A DNA stretch of 64,000 bases from Clostridiales bacterium (GTDB taxonomy: Bacteria > Bacillota > Clostridia > Lachnospirales > Vallitaleaceae). The position numbers and the translations under genes are program-made. How positions within the stretch are numbered: the stretch's first letter is position 1; each line of letters begins with the position of its first letter. The notes under the pieces were generated by a model that was not told where the DNA came from, made no database searches, and saw only the letters and a program-made list of their open reading frames with translations. This document shows, piece after piece, positions 34,123 to 47,146 of the stretch. The DNA is taken from the NCBI GenBank assembly GCA_024636985.1, contig JAGXFY010000045.1:3368-67367 (forward strand), written 5' to 3'.

Positions 34123-35169
34123 ATGGATACAAGAATACTGCATATAACACTAGAAAATCAAATTGACCTAATCAGAGAAGCAGCAATGACCTTGAAAATT
34201 GGTGGTCTAGTTGCTTTTCCTACTGAAACGGTTTATGGGATTGGTGCAAATGCCTTAGACGCATCTATTGTTAGAAAAATATATGAAGCTAAGGGACGAC
34301 CTTCGGATAATCCTTTAATTGTCCATATTGGTGACGCCATAGAGGTCGAAAAATATGTAGCCGATATTCCGGAGATTGCCATACCCTTAATGAAAGCTTT
34401 TTGGCCCGGTCCGTTGACGTTGATTTTCAAGAAGAATCATGTGATTCCTTATGAAATTACAGGCGGTTTAGATACCGTAGCTATTCGAGTACCTGCTCAT
34501 CCGCTAGCAAGGGATATCATAAAACAATCCGGTTTGCCTATTGCTGCGCCCAGCGCTAATATATCAGGAAAACCGAGCCCAACCAACGCAGCCCATGTCA
34601 TTTTGGATTTAAGTGGACGTGTGGATATGATTGTGGATGGTGGAGATGCTAATATTGGTCTTGAATCTACAGTGCTGGATGTAACATCTGAACCGGCAAC
34701 AATATTAAGGCCGGGTGGCATTACAAAAGCAATGATTGAAGAAGTTATAGGGCCAGTGGCTCAGAACCCAAGCAATCTTGGCCTACCGGAGGATGACACA
34801 CCAAAAGCACCGGGAATGAAGTATAAACATTATGCACCAAAAGGTAGATTGGTTATCTATTATGGCAGCAAAGCAAAAGCAATAGAGGCCATGAATATTT
34901 CAGTCCAAAAAAGCTTGAATAATCATGAAAAAGTCGGTATTATTGCAACGAATGAAGATCGTGAGGCTTATAACTGTCCAACGATTTTAACGATTGGTTC
35001 AGAACATGATGCCCATGAAATTGCATCAAACCTTTTTAAGGTGTTAAGGCAAATGGATGACTTGGGTATTGAAAAAATATTGACGCAAGCCTTTCATGAA
35101 AAGGAGATTGGTGTAGCCACCATGAACCGATTATTAAAAGCAGCAAATAATGAGCAACGCTTCGTTTAG
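34123..35169 (+). CDS. tsaC: Threonylcarbamoyl-AMP synthase (Sua5/YwlC)
   Basis: VAFPTETVYG, KGRPSDNPLIVH, AAPSANISGKPSPT, PGMKYKHYAP. Confidence 0.95.
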   Translation: MDTRILHITLENQIDLIREAAMTLKIGGLVAFPTETVYGIGANALDASIVRKIYEAKGRPSDNPLIVHIGDAIEVEKYVADIPEIAIPLMKAFWPGPLTLIFKKNHVIPYEITGGLDTVAIRVPAHPLARDIIKQSGLPIAAPSANISGKPSPTNAAHVILDLSGRVDMIVDGGDANIGLESTVLDVTSEPATILRPGGITKAMIEEVIGPVAQNPSNLGLPEDDTPKAPGMKYKHYAPKGRLVIYYGSKAKAIEAMNISVQKSLNNHEKVGIIATNEDREAYNCPTILTIGSEHDAHEIASNLFKVLRQMDDLGIEKILTQAFHEKEIGVATMNRLLKAANNEQRFV

Positions 35170-35178
35170 AGGAGTATT

Positions 35179-35619
35179 ATGAAGGATTTAATGTTTGTTT
35201 GTACAGGGAACACCTGCAGATCTCCGATTGCAGAAGGTTTGGCAAAACATATGTTAGGTAATAAAAAGGCGATTATACTATCCAGGGGTATTTCCGTCAA
35301 TTTAGAAGCGCCTGCGAATATGAATGCTGTAGAGGCCATGGATAAGAAACATATTTCCATTAAGGACCATAAATCAAAACGCTTTGACCCGAAAGAAATA
35401 ACGGATGATATGCTCATATTGACCATGACATCCAGACATGAAACCTATCTAAAATACCACTATCCAATGTTGGAAGATAAAATACATACTTTGTTGGCAT
35501 ATGTTGATATGACTGGTGATGTGGAAGATCCTTTTGGTCTGGATCAAGAAGTTTATGATCAATGTGCCAATCAATTAGAGACTGCCATCAGTAAGCTGAT
35601 GGAACAATTAGAAGCATAA
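35179..35619 (+). CDS. ywlE: Low-molecular-weight protein arginine/tyrosine phosphatase (YwlE-like)
   Basis: VCTGNTCRS P-loop; DVEDPFG. Confidence 0.85.
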   Translation: MKDLMFVCTGNTCRSPIAEGLAKHMLGNKKAIILSRGISVNLEAPANMNAVEAMDKKHISIKDHKSKRFDPKEITDDMLILTMTSRHETYLKYHYPMLEDKIHTLLAYVDMTGDVEDPFGLDQEVYDQCANQLETAISKLMEQLEA

Positions 35620-35663
35620 TACAGAAATCGTGTCAAAGGACACGATGCACAAGGAGGAAAAGA

Positions 35664-36092
35664 ATGATAGCAATAGGTTGCGATCATGGCGGTTACGCCC
35701 TCAAACAGGAAATCATTAAAGAATTTGATGAAAAAGGCATTTCCTACATAGATTTTGGGACTCATGACGAAGCATCAGTAGATTACCCAGATTATGCAAA
35801 ACAGGTGTGTCATTATGTACTTGAACATGAAAAAGCCCAAGGTATCTTGATATGTGGAACAGGTATCGGTATTTCGATAGCAGCCAATAGACATGTCGGT
35901 ATTAGAGCCGCTTTATGTCATGATTGTTTTTCAGCAGAAGCGACCAAACTTCATAACGATGCAAATGTGTTATGTCTTGGAGGACGTGTTGTAGGGCCTG
36001 GACTGGCTTTAAAAATTGTGGATACTTTTATCCATACGGATTTTTCAAACGAGGAACGCCACAGAAGACGTGTGGAAAAAATAGAAGATTAG
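35664..36092 (+). CDS. rpiB: Ribose-5-phosphate isomerase B
   Basis: GCDHGG, DYPDYA, CGTGIG, HNDANVL, RHRRRV. Confidence 0.95.
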   Translation: MIAIGCDHGGYALKQEIIKEFDEKGISYIDFGTHDEASVDYPDYAKQVCHYVLEHEKAQGILICGTGIGISIAANRHVGIRAALCHDCFSAEATKLHNDANVLCLGGRVVGPGLALKIVDTFIHTDFSNEERHRRRVEKIED

Positions 36093-36132
36093 TTATAAAT
36101 CAAATAAAAGACGATCCTATAGGAGGGCAAAA

Positions 36133-36762
36133 ATGTCAAATGTATTTGTAATGGACCATCCACTCATTCAACACAAAGTAGGTGTCCTAAGAAGAGAAGA
36201 AACGGGTTCCAAAGAATTTAGAGAACTGGTTAATGAAATAGCTATGCTCATGTGCTATGAAGCGACAAGAAACCTTCCTTTACGTGATGAAATTGTTCAG
36301 ACACCTGTGGCACAGGCTACCGTAAAACAAATAGCAGGCAAGAACCTTGGTATTGTACCAATATTAAGAGCCGGACTTGGTATGGTAGATGGCATGCTTA
36401 CCTTGGTTCCAACAGCAAAGGTCGGTCATATTGGCTTGTATCGTGATCCGGAAACCCTTAATCCTGTTGAGTACTACTGTAAGTTACCTTATGATGCTGC
36501 AGAACGAGATATATTTGTACTTGACCCGATGCTGGCAACAGGTGGATCTGCAGTAGCAGCCATTCAATTCATTAAAGACAAAGGCGTTAGCCGTATCCAT
36601 TTTATGTGCTTAATTGCAGCACCGGAAGGTGTGAAAAAAGTACAAGATGCCCATCCGGATGTAGACATATACATTGCAGCACTTGACGAGCGATTAAATG
36701 ACCATGGCTATATCATTCCCGGACTTGGTGATGCCGGTGACCGTTTATATGGAACGAAATAA
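36133..36762 (+). CDS. upp: Uracil phosphoribosyltransferase
   Basis: [37 protein letters not shown]. Confidence 0.97.
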   Translation: MSNVFVMDHPLIQHKVGVLRREETGSKEFRELVNEIAMLMCYEATRNLPLRDEIVQTPVAQATVKQIAGKNLGIVPILRAGLGMVDGMLTLVPTAKVGHIGLYRDPETLNPVEYYCKLPYDAAERDIFVLDPMLATGGSAVAAIQFIKDKGVSRIHFMCLIAAPEGVKKVQDAHPDVDIYIAALDERLNDHGYIIPGLGDAGDRLYGTK

Positions 36763-36800
36763 GCAATAAAGAAGTCGGAAAATTTGGAGATGATGGAATA

Positions 36801-37871
36801 ATGGAATTACTAAGAAGCATGAATATCAATATCATCTATATCATTGCCTTTTCTATGGCATTTGGTATCACTGTGCTGGCAACACCTTTCAGCAAAAAAT
36901 TAGCCATAAAAGTCGGAGCGATTGACCATCCCAAAGCATTAGGCGTTCATGATAAGCCTATGCCCCTTGCAGGAGGTTCGGCTATTGTGACCGGTTTCAT
37001 TGTAACCTCTCTTTTAATTGCACCATTGGTTGGTGGTTTTATCTCGATGGAATTTTTCGGACTCATCATAGGTAGCATCATCATAACCATTGTTGGCTTC
37101 TTAGATGATATCTATCAGCTTAGCCCTAAGCTCAGAATATTTTTTCAGATTCTAGCTGCTTTGATTGTCGTTTTTTCAGGAACCAGTATAGAGATTCTAT
37201 CATGGCCATGGGCCAATGGTGGTGTTATACAAGTAGGTTCGATTGGTAATGTTCTAACCGTTTTATGGATTGTCGGCCTTACCAATGCAGTAAACTTTCT
37301 AGATGGTCTGGATGGTCTAGCAACAGGTGTGGCATCCATAGCATCACTGAGTTTTATGATTATATCTTTTATTTTTGGTCCTCCGGTTATCGTTGTACTA
37401 GCAGCTGCACTTGCAGGTTCCTGTTTAGGGTTTCTACCTCATAATTTTAACCCGGCTAAGATTTTCATGGGTGACACAGGATCTACATTCTTAGGCTATA
37501 CCTTAGCCGTCATATCAATCCAAGGTTTAACAAAAAGTTATACTGTGGTTACAGTCATTGTAGGGGCCATTGTACTTGGGTTACCAATATTTGACACATC
37601 TTTCGCTATTATACGACGTTTAGTCAACAAGCAATCCATATATAAAGGTGACCGAGGTCATCTTCATCACAGACTTGTGGACAAAGGCATTAGCCACAAA
37701 AGAGCTGTTTTAACCATGTACGGCGTTAGTGGTTGCTTTGGTATAGCTGGCATTCTTTTTGCCCTAAAAGATTTTTTCTTTGCTTCTTTAATAATAGGCA
37801 TCATTATGACGGTATGGTTAGGTGACATTTTATACACCAATCATCAGAACAAAAAGATTAAGAGTGATTAA
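36801..37871 (+). CDS. tagO: Undecaprenyl-phosphate GlcNAc-1-phosphate transferase (TagO/WecA)
   Basis: GFLDD, NAVNFLDGLDGL, FMGDTG, DRGHLHHRL. Confidence 0.92.
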   Translation: MELLRSMNINIIYIIAFSMAFGITVLATPFSKKLAIKVGAIDHPKALGVHDKPMPLAGGSAIVTGFIVTSLLIAPLVGGFISMEFFGLIIGSIIITIVGFLDDIYQLSPKLRIFFQILAALIVVFSGTSIEILSWPWANGGVIQVGSIGNVLTVLWIVGLTNAVNFLDGLDGLATGVASIASLSFMIISFIFGPPVIVVLAAALAGSCLGFLPHNFNPAKIFMGDTGSTFLGYTLAVISIQGLTKSYTVVTVIVGAIVLGLPIFDTSFAIIRRLVNKQSIYKGDRGHLHHRLVDKGISHKRAVLTMYGVSGCFGIAGILFALKDFFFASLIIGIIMTVWLGDILYTNHQNKKIKSD

Positions 37872-37919
37872 TCATCTGGGAAAGTTGAGAAAATTATAAT
37901 CAACATCAGGAGGAACACT

Positions 37920-39029
37920 ATGAAAGTCATGAGCATATTTGGAACGAGACCGGAGGCCATTAAGATGGGACCGGTTGTAAAAGCCTTGGAAAAAGAAGAA
38001 GGCATAGAGAGTATTGTATGTGTAACAGCTCAGCATAGAGAAATGTTGGATCAGGTCCTTGAAGTGTTTGATATAAAACCGGACTACGATTTAGATATCA
38101 TGCAACAACATCAAACATTAACGGACATTACAACAAGAGCCATCAAAGGACTAGAAAAGGTTATGGAAGAGGCTAAACCGGATGTTGTACTTGTTCATGG
38201 TGACACAACCACCACATTTGCAGGTTCACTTGCAGCATTTTACCATCAAATCGCTGTAGGCCATGTAGAAGCTGGCCTTCGTACCTATGACAAATATCAA
38301 CCTTTTCCTGAAGAAATGAACCGAAAACTGACAGGAAGTATTGCAGACTATCACTTTGCACCTACTGAAACAGCCAAAAACCATTTGCTACTGGAAAATG
38401 TTGATGAAGCTTGTATTACTGTTACAGGCAATACAGTCATTGATGCTCTATCATCTACCATCAACGATGACTATCGTTTTACTGTTGATGCCCTAAACCA
38501 TATTGACTATAAGAACAAAAAAATAATAGCCATGACAGCGCACCGTCGTGAAAACTTAGGACAGCCACTAGAAAACATATGTGAAGCCGTATTAGAAGTG
38601 GTTAATCGTAGACCGGAGGTTGAGATTGTATATGCAGTCCACCTTAATCCTAAGGTTATGGATGTGGTCAATCGAATTTTAGGTAATCATGATCGCATTC
38701 ACCTTTTGCCGCCACTTGAATTAAAAGATATGCATAACTTATTAGCAAGATCTTATCTGGTATTAACAGATTCAGGTGGATTACAAGAAGAAGTACCTTC
38801 TTTAGGTAAACCGGTGCTTGTTCTTAGGGATGTAACAGAGAGACCGGAAGGTGTAGAAGCGGGAACACTTAAGCTTGTAGGAACGGACAAATCGACGATT
38901 GTAGATACAACCTTAGAGTTACTTATGAATAAGGACAGCTACAATAAGATGGCAACCGCCACGAATCCATACGGAGACGGACATGCATCAGAACGCATTG
39001 TAGCATGGTTAAAGGCTAATCATAAGTAG
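37920..39029 (+). CDS. wecB: UDP-GlcNAc 2-epimerase (non-hydrolysing)
   Basis: FGTRPEAIK, VHGDTTT, HVEAGLR, TDSGGLQEE, NPYGDG. Confidence 0.95.
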   Translation: MKVMSIFGTRPEAIKMGPVVKALEKEEGIESIVCVTAQHREMLDQVLEVFDIKPDYDLDIMQQHQTLTDITTRAIKGLEKVMEEAKPDVVLVHGDTTTTFAGSLAAFYHQIAVGHVEAGLRTYDKYQPFPEEMNRKLTGSIADYHFAPTETAKNHLLLENVDEACITVTGNTVIDALSSTINDDYRFTVDALNHIDYKNKKIIAMTAHRRENLGQPLENICEAVLEVVNRRPEVEIVYAVHLNPKVMDVVNRILGNHDRIHLLPPLELKDMHNLLARSYLVLTDSGGLQEEVPSLGKPVLVLRDVTERPEGVEAGTLKLVGTDKSTIVDTTLELLMNKDSYNKMATATNPYGDGHASERIVAWLKANHK

Positions 39030-39055
39030 ATAATTATTTCAAAATGGACAAAATA

Positions 39056-39128
39056 TCGTGAAAATCATAACAATTATTCGTGAATCTTGTGAAATTATAT
39101 TTACATTCACCTTATTTACAGGTATAAT
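39056..39128 (+). promoter_or_regulatory. atp operon promoter with a possible Rex-type operator
   Basis: TTTACA (39100), 17 bp, TATAAT (39123); TCGTGAA-AATC-ATAACAA (39056-39073) resembles TTGTGAA-N4-TTCACAA. Confidence 0.5.
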
Positions 39129-39157
39129 ACTATCTTGTAGAAGGGTTGTGAGAAGTC

Positions 39158-39397
39158 ATGAAATTTGATTATCTAAAGAATTTGGCCCTTGTCAGTCAGA
39201 TTGGTCTATTGATGGCAATACCCATTTTTCTTTGTATCTTCATTGGACACTGGTTAGATGGGAAGTTTGGAACTAATGGATTATTTCTAATCATATTTTT
39301 AATCCTTGGTGTTTTAGCAGCTTTTAGAAACCTATTCGTTACCGTTCTAAATAGAGTTGATTCGGGAAAGAAGGATTCTAAGCATGATAGAAAATAA
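39158..39397 (+). CDS. AtpZ/AtpQ-type ATP synthase accessory protein
   Basis: IGHWLDGKFGT and two TM helices; first gene of the atp operon. Confidence 0.85.
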   Translation: MKFDYLKNLALVSQIGLLMAIPIFLCIFIGHWLDGKFGTNGLFLIIFLILGVLAAFRNLFVTVLNRVDSGKKDSKHDRK

Positions 39398-39812
39398 GTC
39401 GATTGTTTGGCCTCTTTCTTGGAAAGTCCTGATTATATTGTCAATTACTTTTGGTATAGGTGTTTTACTTGTAGACGATGTAGCCACCTATGCTCGGGGT
39501 ATACTACTAGGTGGCTCTGTCACCTTGTTAAAAATTAAACTATTAGAAATCACATTGAAAAGAGCAATAAAGAAACCACCTAGTGCAGCTAAGAGCTATA
39601 TGAGTATGCATTACATGTTACGCTATGTGGTTACATTTATCGTTCTTTTTGTGGGTATAGCCATACCGACCATAAGTGGTGTGGCAGTTATTCTGGCACT
39701 TCTAAGTCTGAAATTAGCAGCATATTGGCAAGGCGCTCTTGAACCAAAGGTGCCGGTCGATGGTTCTGTTGAATTCTTGGAGTGGGAGGATGATGAAGAA
39801 ACTGACTTTTAA
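39384..39812 (+). CDS. atpI: ATP synthase protein I
   Basis: Four-TM protein with YMLRY, between atpZ and atpB. Confidence 0.8.
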   Translation: MIENKSIVWPLSWKVLIILSITFGIGVLLVDDVATYARGILLGGSVTLLKIKLLEITLKRAIKKPPSAAKSYMSMHYMLRYVVTFIVLFVGIAIPTISGVAVILALLSLKLAAYWQGALEPKVPVDGSVEFLEWEDDEETDF

Positions 39813-39855
39813 GTCTAAGCAGTCTCAAATGTCTAGCAAAAGGAGATGATCACAG

Positions 39856-40587
39856 ATGGATTTTAGCATTCATGTTGCCAAAGTAGTCCGAATCGGCAGC
39901 TTTGAGCTCTGGATCACAGAATCAATGATTAACTCATGGATCATTTGTGGCGTCCTAATTTTAATTGCCTTGATTGTGAGAAACGCAATTAAAAATCCCC
40001 AAAAAGTACCTGAAGGCGTTCAAAATGTTGTCGAGTTTCTGGTGGATGCACTGGATAACTTTGCCGAAACCACCATGGGCAAGCACGGCAGGAAATTTGG
40101 ATCTTTCTATGGTTCTATGATTATTTACATATTACTATGTAATTTATCGGGATTGTTTTTAGGACCAAACATTGGCACACCCGTAGCAGGGGAACCAAAA
40201 GTATTAATTGATTTCATGAGACCCCCAACCGCTGACTTTGCAGTAACATTTGCGTTAGCTATGATTACGTTTATCATGGTCCAAGGTTTTGCCATCAAGG
40301 AAAAGGGTCCCTTTACCTGGTTGAAAGGCTTAACCGAACCGATGTGGCCTCTAACGCCCCTTAATGTTATTGGAGAGTTGGCCAACCCCATATCCCTTAG
40401 CTTCCGTCTTTTTGGTAATATACTCGGTGGAACAATCATCATGGGATTGTACTACAATCTGCCCTGGTTTGCCCTAGTAGGTATTCCTGTAGCGTTACAT
40501 GCATATTTTGACATATTTGCAGGTGTGCTACAAGCTTTCATATTTGTTATGCTCAGCATGACATTTGTTGCCAGTGCGATGGATTAG
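39856..40587 (+). CDS. atpB: ATP synthase subunit a
   Basis: PPTAD, ELANPISLSFRLFGN, LQAFIFVML. Confidence 0.96.
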   Translation: MDFSIHVAKVVRIGSFELWITESMINSWIICGVLILIALIVRNAIKNPQKVPEGVQNVVEFLVDALDNFAETTMGKHGRKFGSFYGSMIIYILLCNLSGLFLGPNIGTPVAGEPKVLIDFMRPPTADFAVTFALAMITFIMVQGFAIKEKGPFTWLKGLTEPMWPLTPLNVIGELANPISLSFRLFGNILGGTIIMGLYYNLPWFALVGIPVALHAYFDIFAGVLQAFIFVMLSMTFVASAMD

Positions 40588-40610
40588 AATTGTCACATTC
40601 AGTAAAGTGA

Positions 40611-41159
<549 letters not shown>

Positions 41160-41202
41160 ATTTTTGAATATAGAAGAAGTCAATTATAACAAAAATCATT
41201 AA

Positions 41203-41520
<318 letters not shown>

Positions 41521-41563
41521 TCTGGTATAACTTTTACCCTTTAACGAAAGGAGGAAAGGTGAA

Positions 41564-42145
41564 TTGAATGGTTTAAATATGGTATTGCAAAATCTTTCGA
41601 CTTCCTTACCACAACTTAATGCACTTCCAGAGCCCTATGTTATCTTTTTTACAGAACAAACCATTATTCAAGTCATAGCACATATAATTACTGTATTGGC
41701 TTTATTCTATGTACTCGGAAAGCTACTTTTCAAACCTGTAAGAAATATTTTGCAAAAAAGAAAAGAAGAGATTGCAGATGAATATAAGCGTATAGATGAA
41801 GATACTGAAGCTTTGGCAGCCCTTAAGACGGATTATGAGAATAAGCTACTTAACATCCATCAAGAGGCAGAAAAAATACTTGCGCATGCAAGAAAAAGAG
41901 CAATTGAACGTGAAGATGAGATTATAAAAGAAGCAAAAGATGAGGCAGATCGACTCATTAAAAGAGCACACCTTGACATTGAGCGTGAGAAAGAACAGAG
42001 CAAAGACGAGATGCGCCGTGAGATTATCGGAGTTGCAACTGTAATGGCAAGCAAATTTGTTGCAGCATCCATCAGCGATGAGTTGAAAAATCAACTTGTA
42101 GATGAGACCCTTGCAAGTATTGGAGAATCCACATGGTTGAGTTAG
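41564..42145 (+). CDS. atpF: ATP synthase subunit b
   Basis: TM helix, LLFKPVRNILQKRK, then a coiled coil; exact start uncertain. Confidence 0.93.
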   Translation: MNGLNMVLQNLSTSLPQLNALPEPYVIFFTEQTIIQVIAHIITVLALFYVLGKLLFKPVRNILQKRKEEIADEYKRIDEDTEALAALKTDYENKLLNIHQEAEKILAHARKRAIEREDEIIKEAKDEADRLIKRAHLDIEREKEQSKDEMRREIIGVATVMASKFVAASISDELKNQLVDETLASIGESTWLS

Positions 42146-42681
42146 TAGCTAAGCGTTATGGTTCAGCAATCTTTCAGCTTGCCGAAGAAAAAGATGCTGT
42201 AAATGATTTGCAAAAAGATATCCTTTTAATCCAAGAAAGTTTCTTAGATAAGGATTTGATTGAATTTCTCAGCCATCCTAAGGTCCCCTTGTCAGATAAG
42301 ATCAAAATGCTAGAAGACACTTTGTCAGAGAGGGTTGGTCAAGATCTATTAGGTCTTTTGGTACTGATCTTAAAAAAGAACAGACAACACTACATCTCTG
42401 AAATCTTGAAGGAAGTTCTAGAAATGATAGACGCTTATCAAGGTAAAGTGAAGGCTTACATTGAGTCTGTGGATGAATTGAGCAATGAGAAGAAAAAGCA
42501 GATTATCGATCAATTGGAAAAATCAACGGACAAAAAGATCATTCCGGAATATAGAATTGACAAAACACTTATTGGTGGCTTGTTCATTCGAATAGGTGAT
42601 CGTGTTATTGATAACAGCATCAAAGGACATATGCATACAATGTCAAAAAAGCTGTTAGAGACTAAAATTAATTTTTCGTAG
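42133..42681 (+). CDS. atpH: ATP synthase subunit delta
   Basis: [10 protein letters not shown]; [18 protein letters not shown]. Confidence 0.94.
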   Translation: MVELVAKRYGSAIFQLAEEKDAVNDLQKDILLIQESFLDKDLIEFLSHPKVPLSDKIKMLEDTLSERVGQDLLGLLVLILKKNRQHYISEILKEVLEMIDAYQGKVKAYIESVDELSNEKKKQIIDQLEKSTDKKIIPEYRIDKTLIGGLFIRIGDRVIDNSIKGHMHTMSKKLLETKINFS

Positions 42682-42701
42682 AAAGGCGGTGTGACCTCGG
42701 T

Positions 42702-44225
42702 ATGAATTTGAAACCAGAAGAAATCAGCTCAGTGATCAAAGAGCAGATTAAACGCTACAAAACTGAATTAGAAGTTGCCGATGTAGGAACTGTAATTCAG
42801 GTTGCCGATGGTATTGCCCGTATACATGGCTTAGAAAACGCTATGGCAGGAGAGCTACTAGAGTTTCCTGGTGACGTTTATGGTATGGTTCTTAACCTTG
42901 AACAAGACAATGTTGGTGCCGTGTTAATGGGATCAGATAAGGGTATTGGTGAAGGTGATATTGTAAAAGCCACAGGACGGGTTGTTGAAGTACCAGTCGG
43001 TGATGCATTAATGGGACGTGTTGTTAATGCAATTGGTCAGCCAATTGATGGTAAAGGTCCAATTAGCACAGACAAATTTAGACAAGTTGAAAGAGTTGCA
43101 CCTGGTGTTATCGAACGTAAGTCCGTGGACACCCCACTTCAGACAGGTCTTAAGGCGATAGATGCCATGGTACCGATCGGACGTGGACAAAGGGAGCTCA
43201 TCATTGGAGACAGACAAACAGGAAAGACAGCTATAGCCATTGATACAATTATGAATCAAAAGGATTCAGGCGTACTATGTATCTATGTAGCCATAGGTCA
43301 AAAAGCTTCAACAGTTGCACAATTGGTTAAAAAGTTGGAAGAAAACGGCGCAATGGATTATACGACCGTAGTTGCGGCCAACGCCTCTGAACCAGCGCCA
43401 CTTCAATTTATCGCGCCTTTTGCAGGTTGTGCGATTGGTGAAGAATGGATGGAAGAAGGTAAAGAAGTCTTAATCATATATGATGATTTATCTAAGCATG
43501 CTGTTGCCTACAGAGCCATGTCATTGTTGCTTCGTAGACCACCAGGACGTGAGGCATATCCGGGAGATGTATTCTACTTACATTCCAGATTGTTAGAACG
43601 TGCCGCTAAGCTTTCTGATGAGCGTGGTGGTGGATCCATAACTGCATTGCCTATTATCGAAACACAAGCAGGTGATATATCAGCCTATATCCCAACGAAT
43701 GTTATCTCCATCACAGATGGTCAGATCTTCCTTGAGACTGAGATGTTCAACTCAGGTATTAGACCTGCGATTAATCCAGGTTTATCTGTATCAAGGGTTG
43801 GTGGTGCCGCTCAAATCAAGGCTATGAAAAAGATTGCCGGACCTATTCGTGTTGAGCTTGCTCAGTACAGAGAGTTAGCAGCATTTGCTCAGTTTGGTTC
43901 AGACCTTGATAAAGAAACAAGAGACCGATTAACACAAGGTGAGCGTATCATAGAAGTACTAAAACAAGCTCAATATAAGCCATTAAAAGTAGCAGAGCAA
44001 ATCGTTATTCTATACGCTGCGACTCGAAAATTCTTAATGGATATTGAGTTAGATGACATACATAAATTCGAAACTGGACTAATTGAATTTGTTGAAACCA
44101 TGTATCCGGACATATTAACAGACTTGGTTAAAGATTCAGGTTTGACAGATGAATTGGATAAGCGTCTAGAAGATGCGATTGGTGAATTCAAAACAGACTT
44201 CATGAAGAAGAGTGAAGAGGTGTAA
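42702..44225 (+). CDS. atpA: ATP synthase subunit alpha
   Basis: GDRQTGKT; [21 protein letters not shown]. Confidence 0.98.
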   Translation: MNLKPEEISSVIKEQIKRYKTELEVADVGTVIQVADGIARIHGLENAMAGELLEFPGDVYGMVLNLEQDNVGAVLMGSDKGIGEGDIVKATGRVVEVPVGDALMGRVVNAIGQPIDGKGPISTDKFRQVERVAPGVIERKSVDTPLQTGLKAIDAMVPIGRGQRELIIGDRQTGKTAIAIDTIMNQKDSGVLCIYVAIGQKASTVAQLVKKLEENGAMDYTTVVAANASEPAPLQFIAPFAGCAIGEEWMEEGKEVLIIYDDLSKHAVAYRAMSLLLRRPPGREAYPGDVFYLHSRLLERAAKLSDERGGGSITALPIIETQAGDISAYIPTNVISITDGQIFLETEMFNSGIRPAINPGLSVSRVGGAAQIKAMKKIAGPIRVELAQYRELAAFAQFGSDLDKETRDRLTQGERIIEVLKQAQYKPLKVAEQIVILYAATRKFLMDIELDDIHKFETGLIEFVETMYPDILTDLVKDSGLTDELDKRLEDAIGEFKTDFMKKSEEV

Positions 44226-44232
44226 TTAATCG

Positions 44233-46501
<2,269 letters not shown>

Positions 46502-46512
46502 TAGGTGATTTT

Positions 46513-46947
46513 ATGGCGACAAACAAAATCGAATTACATATTGTAACACCGGATCGCGAGTTTTTTACCGCGGAAGTGGATGCTTTGTCTTTTAAGACAA
46601 CAGAAGGTTTCATAGGTGTACTATATGACCATATTCCTTTGATAACGACACTGACCAGTGGTAAAGCCGTGTTCAAAAATGATAAAGATACATTTGAAGC
46701 GGTATTGCACAATGGCTTCGCAGAAATCGGCGAAGAAAAAGTGACTATATTGACCGATGCTGCCGAATGGGCAGATGAGATTGATATGGACAGAGCCTTG
46801 TCCGCAAGACAGCGCGCCGAGAAGAAGCTTGAAGAAATGACCCATCATGATGAAAAACACAAAGATGAAGTCGTAATTCAAGCCCAGGCATCACTTCATA
46901 GAGCTTTAGCTAGAATTGAAATGGCACAAGCAAGACAAGATAAGTAG
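46513..46947 (+). CDS. atpC: ATP synthase subunit epsilon
   Basis: LHIVTPD; GVLYDHIP; RALSARQRAE. Confidence 0.95.
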   Translation: MATNKIELHIVTPDREFFTAEVDALSFKTTEGFIGVLYDHIPLITTLTSGKAVFKNDKDTFEAVLHNGFAEIGEEKVTILTDAAEWADEIDMDRALSARQRAEKKLEEMTHHDEKHKDEVVIQAQASLHRALARIEMAQARQDK

Positions 46948-46970
46948 TAAAATATGAACGAAGAAATGAT

Positions 46971-47003
46971 AAGAGGCTGTCCGGATGGATGGCTTCTTTT
47001 TTT
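46971..47003 (+). terminator. atp operon terminator
   Basis: AAGAGGCTGTCC-GGAT-GGATGGCTTCTT followed by a T tract. Confidence 0.8.
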
Positions 47004-47059
47004 CTTGCTTTTTCTTCTTTTGTTACAACTTTGTAATGAAAGATATTCGTTAATTTCAG

Positions 47060-47087
47060 TAATCATATTTGGATCCTTTGCCGATAT
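47060..47087 (+). promoter_or_regulatory. Candidate sigma-28 (SigD/FliA) promoter
   Basis: TAAT, 16 bp, GCCGATAT; ~60 bp upstream of the giant-protein operon and just after the atp terminator. Confidence 0.45.
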
Positions 47088-47146
47088 ACATAAGAGTCTT
47101 TCTAAACATAATTTGATGACGGAACATAGAAAAGGTGGAGTTTCAT

